From an uncultured delta proteobacterium (GTDB taxonomy: Bacteria; Desulfobacterota; Binatia; UBA9968), in the NCBI GenBank assembly GCA_963727625.1, contig CAVSHR010000012.1:384001-448000 (forward strand): a DNA stretch of 64,000 nt, read 5' to 3'. The notes under the pieces are model-generated. The model was not told the origin of the DNA. It did not search any database and worked only from the letters and a program-made list of their open reading frames with translations. Position numbers and translations under genes: made by a program. Each line of letters begins with the position of its first letter. Positions within the stretch are counted from its first letter, which is position 1. Shown in pieces: positions 38,100 to 47,138 of this stretch.

Positions 38100-38246
38100 C
38101 CCGAGTCCTCCATCGGGCATTATAAGCCGGACTCGTCGGCGTGTCACCGGAAAAGTTCGCAGGCATGTTTTTCGTGGCTTCAGGCAAGCGTGCTATAATT
38201 TTCCGCGGTATCTTTCCGCTGGCGACCAACCTTGCAACTCACAAAG

Positions 38247-39731
38247 TTAAATTGTCTCTTGAGCCCGCTTATAACGCCTTCTAGCTATCGATCGAACAAG
38301 ATAGACGCTGCCTGCGGTTAGCGCCAAAATCAAAAATCCCAAGACCATAAAAAACTGGGTAAAGGTCAAGGTTGGGGTGGTCACAAAAGCAATTTGGCGA
38401 TCCGCTCGCAGATACTTTTGCGCGGCTCGTTGAACGTCATTGAGAGTTATCCTCGCTATCGAATCTTCATGGTTAGACAATTTACCATTGGTCTTTAACT
38501 CAGGCAGGCTTCCGACATAGTAGGCTGCAATATCGCGGTTCGCCTCGTATCCTTGCACACGTTCTAATAGGATTCGCTGTTTGGCCGCTTCAATGTCTTC
38601 GGCTTTGATGTGACCCTCTTTAATATTCTCGATCTGTTGCTCTAGCAGCGCTTTTGCTGTCTCAATCTTATCGAGATTCACATCCGTGGCGATCAAAAAG
38701 ATGCCGTAGTCTGCGCCCGCGCCATAGGCCGAAGCGGGGGAATACGAGAGGGCTTTATCAACGCGAATATTTTCATAGAGCTGGCGGTTGAGGTATCTCC
38801 ACGCGACCCAAAGCGCATAATAATCTGGCGAGGTTGACCCATCGGTGCGATACGAAAGCCCGATGGTCGCATCGTTTCCGACAAGGGGGGACAATGTTCC
38901 GGTAAAACTTTTTGCCTCCGTGGGATACGGCGGTGTAACAATCCGGTCTCCGTTGCTCGCTCTAGGTGGCAACTTGCCAAACGTGGTCTTGATCTTTGCG
39001 ACCAAGGAATCGCGGTCGAAGCTTCCCACCACAACTAGAGTCATATTCGACGGTACGTAGTACGATTTAAGCGCGTTGCGAACGTCGGTTTCCTCGATTC
39101 CTTCGGGCGAGATGAAGCCCGGGCAACCTGCCCCATCGCCAGGCAGTAGGGCGTCGGACGCCTTAGAGACAGCCGGTTTCATGATTCCCATTTCATAAAG
39201 CCATTGAACCAGATTTGATAGCTTACCCGAGCGTTCCCGATGGATGACGGCGCGGGCCGATTCGATGGTTTTCGGCGTGATCACCGTATCGGTCATCATC
39301 TCGTAAAGTGTGTCAATAGCTACGAAAAGGTGCTTGTCGAAAATATCGATTTGGTAACCCGTCTGCGTTGCGGACGTATAACCGTTCCAAGCTCCGCCAT
39401 GATCTTGAATCAATCGTTGAAGCCCCGCCTCGCTGTGCTTGGACGTGCCCATGAATAGCAGGTGCTCCAAGAAGTGCGGCGTTTCGCGCTTGGGACACGG
39501 AAAGTTTCTATTACCCACGTTGACGGCCAAACGAACCGACACGCTATGGGCTAGAGTGCGCTTCTTAAGCACGACATCGAAGCCGTTAGACAGCTTGAAA
39601 TAATCCACGTCGTAGAGGCCGGGCGGGTCGTATTCGCTGGCATGTAACGCGGTGGGAACAACCGATAGCGCTGCTAGGAGCAGTAGTCCTAAGAGCATGG
39701 CTAGTCGAGGCGCAAGCCCTGTGCCAGTCAC
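38247..39731 (-). CDS. M16 (pitrilysin/insulinase-family) zinc peptidase, exported, with C-terminal membrane anchor
   Basis: HFLEH (HxxEH) motif, NGYT, YYVPSNMTLVVVG; signal peptide; C-terminal TM. Confidence 0.9.
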   Translation of the reverse strand: MTGTGLAPRLAMLLGLLLLAALSVVPTALHASEYDPPGLYDVDYFKLSNGFDVVLKKRTLAHSVSVRLAVNVGNRNFPCPKRETPHFLEHLLFMGTSKHSEAGLQRLIQDHGGAWNGYTSATQTGYQIDIFDKHLFVAIDTLYEMMTDTVITPKTIESARAVIHRERSGKLSNLVQWLYEMGIMKPAVSKASDALLPGDGAGCPGFISPEGIEETDVRNALKSYYVPSNMTLVVVGSFDRDSLVAKIKTTFGKLPPRASNGDRIVTPPYPTEAKSFTGTLSPLVGNDATIGLSYRTDGSTSPDYYALWVAWRYLNRQLYENIRVDKALSYSPASAYGAGADYGIFLIATDVNLDKIETAKALLEQQIENIKEGHIKAEDIEAAKQRILLERVQGYEANRDIAAYYVGSLPELKTNGKLSNHEDSIARITLNDVQRAAQKYLRADRQIAFVTTPTLTFTQFFMVLGFLILALTAGSVYLVRSIARRRYKRAQETI

Positions 39732-39982
39732 TTAAGTGTAGTGGAATCGTGTAGTTGCCAGGTTTACCAAATACAGACTGAGGGTCAGAGGTGACCAATT
39801 CTGGCAAAACGTGACAAATGACGCTTTCGCCCCTCTAAGTCGGCAAACAGCGACACACGGAACTTTCGCTCGTCGTGCTCGGCCAAAAGCCTACCCGGCG
39901 TATTGGGTATTCATGTATAATCTTGCTCTATGGATTGGTTTCGAGCGGCGGTTGGACGCGTCGTTCTCGGTGCGGAGGCACA

Positions 39983-40499
39983 ATGAAAATCTGGCTGATC
40001 GTCTTTGTAGCGGTGTTTTTGGCGTCGTGTTCTACGGCCTACCAACCGGTCGGCCTTACTGGCGGATTTTCCTCGACGCAGCTCGACGAAAATGTTTTTC
40101 AGGTATCGTTCCAGGGAAATGGATACACGGCAGGCAAGAGCCGGAGATTTCGCCTTGCTTAGAAGCGCCGAAGTCGCGTTAGAGCACAGCTACCCATATT
40201 TCGCCATTGTCGATGGCCACCGCTACGCCGAGCAGACCGCGTACACAACGCCGCGCACCTCAACCACAAACCTGAATGCGACTACCTACGGAACCGTGTC
40301 CAGCTACGGAAGCACCGGAACCTATACCGGCAACACTTACGGCACCGCGACAACCACCAACTATGGCGGGCAAACCTTTTTCATCCGACGCCCGACCGCG
40401 TCCAATACCATCGTTTGCTTCAAGGAAAGGCCGCAGGGGTTCGTATATAACGCGGCGTTCATCGTGAAGTCCATGAAGGAAAAGTATGGCATTGAATAG
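39983..40499 (+). pseudogene. CC0125/CC1285-like lipoprotein, frameshifted near 40130
   Basis: MKIWLIVFVAVFLASCSTAYQP.G..GGFS.TQLDENVFQVSF.GNGYT in one frame; DFALLRSAEVALEHSYPYFAIVD continues in another. Confidence 0.75.
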
Positions 40500-40797
40500 C
40501 GCTTCGTCAATTCGCGTTGCCGTGTTGCTCGTCGGTCTTTTGAGCATACCGGCTTTGGCTGGCGCTGCCGGATGGGTGTTGGTCGCGCCACCGCGAGATG
40601 AGAAGGGAAACTATCTCCGCAACGTGCCGGTTAACGGTTCGTGGACGCAGCTTGCCGCGTTTGACACTGCGGCCCAGTGTGAAGAACAGCGTAGGGTGGA
40701 AATCGATATTTATAAACCTGATTTCCGACTATGGCGACAGGAATTTTTAATTCGCTGCATGCCCTATGACTTGTGGTGGAAAGCGCAGCAAAAATGA
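40486..40797 (+). CDS. Hypothetical exported protein
   Basis: Signal peptide; GWVLVAPP...WTQLAAFDTAAQCE...RCMP. Confidence 0.7.
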   Translation: MALNSASSIRVAVLLVGLLSIPALAGAAGWVLVAPPRDEKGNYLRNVPVNGSWTQLAAFDTAAQCEEQRRVEIDIYKPDFRLWRQEFLIRCMPYDLWWKAQQK

Positions 40798-40799
40798 GA

Positions 40800-41588
40800 C
40801 TAACGCCGCTCGTTGAAAAAGCCGGCTGACGTAAGTTCATCGAACAGAGTGTTGATATTGCCCTCGCAAAATTCTTGATAGGTCACTAAGAACCCGTTTC
40901 GCAATTTCTCCCCTTCTTCGGTTGTCTTCTTGCCCGTCGCATGTCTGAGGATTTCATAAACTAACCAATCGGCGGCCTGCAAAGGTGGAAACGCGTGGCT
41001 TGATTGGGTTACAACTGTCCCGATTTTCTCTCGGTCCTCAAAACTGACGTTTTCTTTCATTAGCAGCCTGATTCTGTCGGCCTTCCCAATTATCTTGTCT
41101 CTTTTATCCAAGACAAAAGAAACCTGCATTCCGTCTGGTACCTTCCTTGTTGCTTCGATCAAAAGATATTGCCAGCAGGCGTGATAGTGCGGTAGAAATT
41201 TCGACTTTGGATGCTGCCCGTAGTCCTCGATATTCAACGATACGCCAATCCCGGTCGGTGTCGTCGTTTCAAGCACAGTTAACAACTCGCCCTGTAGCTC
41301 CGTAATACGCTCGCTGGGCCAGCCCTTGAACTCCTTTTCACACTGGGTGCAATCATGCGCGTGATATTCAGAAAGACCGTAGCGGTTGGTTATTTCTCGC
41401 CAGCTTTCATCAAAAGTTTGCCAGGCATCTAGCGGCGCTATCCAACCACCAAGCACAAAAAGTATATTACCCTTTCCGTCAGCGCTTTCATCTATGTAGG
41501 CCGCAAGTGGCATAAGCAATCTCAACCGATCCGTGAATCTGTGTAGAGTGCCCCTAGTTTCGGTAAGGATATCACATTCGGTCGACAT
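40800..41588 (-). CDS. DUF3800-family (RNase H-like fold) protein
   Basis: AYIDES...FVLGG, PPLQAADWLVYE. Confidence 0.8.
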   Translation of the reverse strand: MSTECDILTETRGTLHRFTDRLRLLMPLAAYIDESADGKGNILFVLGGWIAPLDAWQTFDESWREITNRYGLSEYHAHDCTQCEKEFKGWPSERITELQGELLTVLETTTPTGIGVSLNIEDYGQHPKSKFLPHYHACWQYLLIEATRKVPDGMQVSFVLDKRDKIIGKADRIRLLMKENVSFEDREKIGTVVTQSSHAFPPLQAADWLVYEILRHATGKKTTEEGEKLRNGFLVTYQEFCEGNINTLFDELTSAGFFNERR

Positions 41589-41713
41589 CAGTCGCTCTTT
41601 TAAATCGCTCGCGTAGTTATTGGCCAGCGCCCTTTCTACCTCCCGTCACGGCACGCCGACAAGCTAACCGGACTCGAACCCCTCCCCCCCTGGGGCCTGA
41701 AAAAAACGTTCCA

Positions 41714-41736
41714 GAAAACGTTCCGGTTTTGTGCCA
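41714..41736 (+). repeat. Putative integrase arm-type site (right)
   Basis: GAAAACGTTCCGGTTTTGTGCCA, preceded by a partial copy AAAACGTTCC. Confidence 0.65.
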
Positions 41737-41844
41737 ACTTCGGGTGACAAACGGTAGCAGCCAGTGATTACTGCACGCGGGGTGAAGCGTGATTTCTTGA
41801 CGCCTTAGCATTCGCTGTCATCCGGTGATTCGTCGTTTGGGGCT

Positions 41845-41881
41845 TTCGGACGGGGGTTCGATTCCCCCCGCCTCCACCAAT
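41845..41881 (+). repeat. attR of island 1 (duplicated tmRNA 3' end)
   Basis: Exact copy of 31678-31714. Confidence 0.95.
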
Positions 41882-43019
41882 ATCCCTTCCAGATGGTGGC
41901 GCTGGAAGTATCGCTTCGCCGGCAAGGAGAAGCGGCTTTCACTCGGGGTCTATCCCGATGTGAAATTGAAAGCGGCACGGGACAAGCGCGATGCGTCCCG
42001 GCAGCAGCTTGCGGCGGGCATCGATCCTGGGGAAGCGCGCAAGGCGGAAAAGCAAGCGCAGGCAGGCGCGGAGAGCTTTGAAGCTATCGCACGCGAATGG
42101 CATGGCAAGTTTTCGCAGGGCTGGGAGACGAGCCACGGCGACCGTATCTTGCGGCGGCTTGAAAGGGATGTATTCCCGTGGATCGGCAAGCGGGCCATTG
42201 TCGAGATCAAAGCGGCCGAGCTATTGGCCATGCTGCGCAGGATCGAGAGCCGGGGTGCGCTGGAAACCACCCACCGCGCCAAGCAGAACTGCTGGCAGGT
42301 TTTCCGCTATGCCGTGGCGACCGGCAGGGCCGAGCGCGATCCGACGGCCGATCTACGCGGCGCGTTGCCCTTACCGCAAGAAAAGCACCATGCCTCGATC
42401 ATCGAACCAAAGCGTGTCGGCGCACTACTGCGTGCGATCGATGGCTATGAAGGATTTTTTGCCACGAAGTGCGCACTACGGCTCGCACCGTTGGTGTTCG
42501 TGCGGCCTGGAGAATTGCGCAGGGGGCAGTGGCCGGAGATCGATCTGGAAAAGGGCGAGTGGCGCATCCCTGCCGAGCGCATGAAGATGCGCGAGCAACA
42601 CATCGTCCCGCTGTCCCGTCAAGCCGTCGAAATCTTGCGTGAGCTGGAACCCGCTGACGAACCGCTCAATCCCCTCCAGGCCCAATGTGCCGTGCTACGT
42701 CTTCCCAAGCGCGCGCACGCGGGAGCGGCCCATGAGCGAAAACGCTGTCCTCGCAGCGCTGCGGCGCATGGGTTACAGCAAAGAAGAGATGACCGGCCAC
42801 GGCTTCCGGAGCATGGCGTCCACACTGCTTCACGAGCAAGGCTGGAACCATCAAGCCATCGAGCGCCAGCTAGCCCATGCCGAGCGAAATGCCGTGAGCG
42901 CGGCTTACAATTTCGCCGAGCATCTGCCGGAGCGGCGCAAGATGATGCAAGCTTGGGCGGATTATTTGGACAGTCTGAAAGCCGGCGCGGAGGTGATTCC
43001 GCTGTTCAAGAAGGCGTAG
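41882..43019 (+). pseudogene. P4-like integrase, 5'-truncated and frameshifted near 42650
   Basis: WWRWKYRFAGKEKRLSLGVYP, VRPGELR, RMKMREQHIVPLS; then other frame: MSENAV...TGHGFRSMAST...IERQLAH...AYN.AEHL.ERRKMMQAWADYLD. Confidence 0.9.
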
Positions 43020-43097
43020 GCACCCTCGACCTCTTGAATGCCATTCAAATAACAAGCGTCGCTAAATTCTGAAGCGACCGTCAAAGCCCAACAAAAC

Positions 43098-43139
43098 CAA
43101 GCCCCGAGCGCTACCGTAACCGGTAGTTCTTGGGGCTTG
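43098..43139. terminator. Long hairpin, probable bidirectional terminator
   Basis: CAAGCCCC...CTACCG-TAAC-CGGTAG...GGGGCTTG between convergent genes. Confidence 0.5.
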
Positions 43140-43212
43140 TCGTTTCAGATATACGGACAAAAGGCGGACAATGCCTTGAAGTGAAGATAGGCTTCAGGTG
43201 TCGCGATTCAAA

Positions 43213-43422
43213 TTATTCGACATCAACGTTTGGGAGGCGGACGTCTTTGTTTATTTCTCGCCTCTTGTCTTCAGGGATAGCAAACCAGAGTTTATCCATC
43301 CTGGCTCGAAGTTCCTCACCTTCTTCAGATTCATCTTGACTGCGTTGAATGAGGTCCTTTAGCGTTGCTAACAGAGCCATATATTCCTGATAAGCACTCT
43401 GGCGCCTCGTTAAAAATTGCAT
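43213..43422 (-). CDS. Small helical protein, candidate immunity/antitoxin
   Basis: GGGAGG RBS, 10 nt after the upstream stop; 69 aa, acidic core. Confidence 0.65.
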   Translation of the reverse strand: MQFLTRRQSAYQEYMALLATLKDLIQRSQDESEEGEELRARMDKLWFAIPEDKRREINKDVRLPNVDVE

Positions 43423-43432
43423 AAGACCTCCC

Positions 43433-43990
43433 TCAATGGTTAAGACAAACCCAATCCGGCGCTGTAGCTACTAACGCGTTCGCGAAAACCAATATTTTCA
43501 TAGTTGAGGCCGGTTCGATTACTCCATGACTAATACGATTAGCCGTGTCTCCCAAATCAAAATGTAACCTCAGCCTCGTTGCATCTTCGACTCTCTTCCT
43601 ATCAAGAAAGAACCAACAGTCAACATCTGACCCGGTTCCGCCATTTCTCTTAGGGATCCGGCTGTTCGGCAAGAGAGCAACATGCATTACCGGAAGAATA
43701 GACATCCCGCCGCCGTCCTGTCCCTCGTCGCCTGGTTTTATTTCGCTTCCATCTGGCGGATTTGGCGGTATCACTTCTCGCGATGTAACCCCGAGAAATC
43801 TTGAATTTCGCGCCCACATGGTCGGCGATACGAGCGGACTCGCGTTAGGAACGACTTGGCCAACCGCTGATAGAGCAACGGTTGCGAAATTTGTCGCTTG
43901 GCCATTAATGCTTGGCGTCATCAATCGATAAACCCTGGCTGGATTGTAATCTGCTCTATCGAGGAGCCCCGAATTGATAACAGTCTGCAC
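43433..43990 (-). CDS. Tse2-like ADP-ribosyltransferase-fold toxin (putative)
   Basis: VYR...GGMS...HGVIEPASTM..F..AL...W pattern recalls the Tse2 ADPRT family; recognised from memory, not searched. Confidence 0.55.
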   Translation of the reverse strand: MQTVINSGLLDRADYNPARVYRLMTPSINGQATNFATVALSAVGQVVPNASPLVSPTMWARNSRFLGVTSREVIPPNPPDGSEIKPGDEGQDGGGMSILPVMHVALLPNSRIPKRNGGTGSDVDCWFFLDRKRVEDATRLRLHFDLGDTANRISHGVIEPASTMKILVFANALVATAPDWVCLNH

Positions 43991-44374
43991 GAAAGATGAT
44001 CAAATACTTTCCTAGGGAATGGCCTTCTCATACTGTAGATTAGACGAATCTGTCAATAATTTAGTTTTACGCAACAACTATGCCGTCCCATGAGCCCGTG
44101 CCGATGTGTAAAATGTCTGCAAAATCGGCGTTTGAACGAGACACGGAATACGCACAACTGCCAATTCGGATACAATCTGTCAGGAAAGTGCTCTTTTTGT
44201 AGGACCAACCGCCGAGCGGTTTAAGCAAGCGTCACCTACAACAAAGTAACGATCAGTAAAAGTGAGACGTTGTTTGGTCTTTTCCCAGACGCGCCTTCAA
44301 AGACCAACAAACTAAGGCCAGAACCCTGCAGTAAGGTCCGGTCCGCTTCTTCGTCAGACCCGTATTAAGGTCGC

Positions 44375-45622
44375 TTAAGTGCCCGCTTTGGTACGCTGCT
44401 CAATTGCACGATCGATGAGCGCTTGAACGGTTGCAGAGGCGATGACAAATTCAAACGAGCGCATAAACGCCATAGGTCCTAACTCCACAAACAGCTTAGC
44501 GAATACTTCATCTGCAAAGCTACTCGATACAATAGGCACTCCATCGAAGTCGATAAGGATTCGATTGTTTTTCAGCATCCCAAGCAAGTTAGTCAGCTTA
44601 ATACGAACAGGTGTTCCTGCCGCGCGGCTTCCCGTCGACTCAGATTCATCGCGCATGCGGAAACAACCTCCACCGTCGTCCCCCTCGTACCTTAATTCAA
44701 CATGGTCGATGGGATGATGGATCTCTCCGGCGAATTTCAACGCTTCACCAAGAACCCCTGGGCGTGAGCAGTCAACACAAGAGACTATAAGAGCACCGTG
44801 ATAGGGAATGGCTTCATTGCGAACAACAAGTCCCCTTTTCGGATCGTAGGCCAGGTGCGCGTTACCAGAGTTAACCTGGAAATACCCGCCACTTACCCGA
44901 CAGATTTCAAAACTGCCGTACAAACCGTTTCCTTGACCAATTGATTTGTCGCGCGTAACACCTTCACGTACGGCGCGTTCGAGAGCGTGAGCGTCAGAGG
45001 TTATATCTGTTCGCGTCTCGCGGAGGGTACGCGGAATCCCTATTCCTGCATCACAAACAACAAATTCCCCCCGTCTGCGGGACTTTTGAAAGGTAGCCAC
45101 CTGCACGATGCCCCCGTGCTTGGCCGTCGAATGAGTGAGCACATTGTCAGTGATCTCGTTAAGTGACCATTCAATCGCTGCAAAGTCTGCGCGGCTAACC
45201 CCATCAAGCGCCCCGAGGATCACGTCAATGATTGAGGAAACCGCCCCTGCTTGCTCCGCTGGCGCGGCAAATGTCGTGGCAGGGACGTGCGTGTATCCCT
45301 GAAATGTCGAGCGTCTGTAAGATTCGGGGTTAATGAGATAAGCCCAATTAGCATTTCTGAACAGGTTGGCCAATTTGCCAGCAACTGGAAGTACAAGATG
45401 GACGGCAATACCCCGATCGCGTGCCTCGATTACCTGTGAACAGATGGCAAGCATTGGTCCGGGAAACGCTGCAATACACTGCGAAAAGTCGACTATGAGG
45501 TCTTCGTAACCGAGTTTTTCGATCGCGGTATGCAATGTTGCCAGAAATCGATGAAAGTGGGCGATGCCAAATTCACCGTTTATAATAATGCGATTATCTA
45601 GACGTGAAATGACTTCCATCAT
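44375..45622 (-). CDS. STAS-like / HATPase / STAS-like (DUF4325) fusion protein
   Basis: LIVDFSQC; EITDNVLTHS, VCDAGIGIP, GQGNGL; ILIDFDGVPIVSSSFADEVFAKL. Confidence 0.85.
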   Translation of the reverse strand: MMEVISRLDNRIIINGEFGIAHFHRFLATLHTAIEKLGYEDLIVDFSQCIAAFPGPMLAICSQVIEARDRGIAVHLVLPVAGKLANLFRNANWAYLINPESYRRSTFQGYTHVPATTFAAPAEQAGAVSSIIDVILGALDGVSRADFAAIEWSLNEITDNVLTHSTAKHGGIVQVATFQKSRRRGEFVVCDAGIGIPRTLRETRTDITSDAHALERAVREGVTRDKSIGQGNGLYGSFEICRVSGGYFQVNSGNAHLAYDPKRGLVVRNEAIPYHGALIVSCVDCSRPGVLGEALKFAGEIHHPIDHVELRYEGDDGGGCFRMRDESESTGSRAAGTPVRIKLTNLLGMLKNNRILIDFDGVPIVSSSFADEVFAKLFVELGPMAFMRSFEFVIASATVQALIDRAIEQRTKAGT

Positions 45623-45865
45623 CCACCCGGCGGCCAGAATCGATTGCCCGCTGTTCGCGACAAAAACCGGTAGACCAATTTTCTCACAGGGACATACGAA
45701 CCTCTAGCAAATTCGCTCCAATATTGTTCAGACACCTGTCAATGACGTACGAGCCGGTGATCAAGTCAGCCCACTTGATTGGTAACCAAGCGGTCCACAG
45801 TAACTTTTTATCTCACAAGGGCTTTTTCTAGCCTGTCCGTGAATTGTCCGCGTCCCTCCAACGTT

Positions 45866-46537
45866 TCACGCTGGCCGTATGCACTCTGGTGTGTCGTTCA
45901 TCGGTGAGTTAACCAGCGTCGAAACCTCCTGCGCTTCGATTAGCTCTGACGGAAACGGCTGGAGGATTGCCGCCAGAGCCTTTGCGGAATTGGTGGGGCA
46001 CCGGGGGTCCAGCCAATGTCGCGCCATATCTGCGTCATAGATCACCGGCATTCGGTTGTGAATGGGGCGTAGTAAGGCGTTCGGTTCCGTGGTGATTATC
46101 GTGAAGGTATGGAGCACATCGCCCAGCGCGACGTTTCGCCAGGAATCCCATAGGCCGGCGAAGGCGAATGGTTGTCGGTCCTTCGCGTGAATCCATACCG
46201 GAATTTTGCGTTTACCCTCCCGGCGCCACTCGTAAAAGCCATCGGCTGGAACGAGACAACGACGAGACCCTATCAAGCGTTTGAATGATGGCTTTTCAGT
46301 CAGCGTTTCGGCTCGCGCATTGATCATAGCGTTTCCTATGCTCGGATCTTGCGCCCATGACGGGACCAATCCCCATTTCATGAGCTTCGCTTCATTTCGG
46401 TCTTCATTGCGCAGGATTACCGGCACCTCTTGTGACGGCGCGATGTTGTAGCGCGGGCCGAAGGAAAGATCCCCCTGAAGATTCCACTGAAGCTTAATCT
46501 CACGGAAGCTAAATGTTGCTGTGAATCGGCCACACAT
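45866..46537 (-). CDS. SOS-response-associated peptidase (SRAP/YedK/HMCES)
   Basis: MCGRF, YNIAPSQ, WGLVPSW, INARAET, RCLVPADGFYEW, IHNRMPVI. Confidence 0.95.
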   Translation of the reverse strand: MCGRFTATFSFREIKLQWNLQGDLSFGPRYNIAPSQEVPVILRNEDRNEAKLMKWGLVPSWAQDPSIGNAMINARAETLTEKPSFKRLIGSRRCLVPADGFYEWRREGKRKIPVWIHAKDRQPFAFAGLWDSWRNVALGDVLHTFTIITTEPNALLRPIHNRMPVIYDADMARHWLDPRCPTNSAKALAAILQPFPSELIEAQEVSTLVNSPMNDTPECIRPA

Positions 46538-46844
46538 GAGAACGATTGAAAAACCTTCTGTCTAAAATCCGTTGTAAGGGGAAGCGTTCAAAGCCGCTCT
46601 CGCTTGAGAATTTTGCGGATGCATCATTTCTACTCTCGGCCCGTTAATAAATCGAAGTCAATCCTCGGGCAGGCGCCGATTAGATGCTACTCATAGTGTG
46701 TAGACTTAAAGGATTCAAGAAGGCTTTTCATGGGGCGTGAAGCGCAAAAAGCCGCGTCCATGCGACCTCAGACCGCCAGCAGGAAAGCCGGAAAACGGTC
46801 GAAAAGCTATCGCTTCAAATATTCGACGCGTTCGCTTGGAACGT

Positions 46845-46958
46845 GGCTGATCGCAAGAAGCTCCTGCAGCCCGAGCAGGGATTCACAGGACGTACATGGG
46901 TTAAGTGGAACGAGGTGAGCGCAACGTGGCGATAGACAACATCTGCCGAATCGCTTGA
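46845..46958 (+). pseudogene. XRE HTH regulator remnant
   Basis: ARAGIHRTYMG*VERGERNVAIDNICRIA* with an internal stop. Confidence 0.6.
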
Positions 46959-47138
46959 GACTGGTTTGGTCGTGATCCAAAGAGGGGGTGGCGGACTGCG
47001 GGTCTAAGCCCAGTTTGATTGACGAATGCGAGCCTTGACCGCGTTTTTCTCCCTGTGATATTGCCGTTGCAATCGTGTGACTTTTGGTGGTTCATTCCGG
47101 CAAACACTTTCGATCGTAAAGACCGCTGACGCGTTAGC

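Larger units (their letters stand above)
31678..41881. mobile_element. Island 1: tmRNA-integrated, phage-satellite-like element (about 10.2 kb)
   Basis: Exact 37-bp flanking repeats; integrase, XRE HTH, excisionase, AAA RepA-like gene; no capsid, terminase or conjugation genes. Confidence 0.9.

Noticed and set aside
41660-41700. GGTTCGAGTCC on the minus strand as a tRNA
   Set aside because: Only a T-loop-like word; no cloverleaf or acceptor stem.
41825-43072. 415-aa ORF as an intact integrase
   Set aside because: Its start is att-derived, the true N-terminus is missing, and the catalytic H-x-x-R/H/Y residues lie in another frame (42639-43019).
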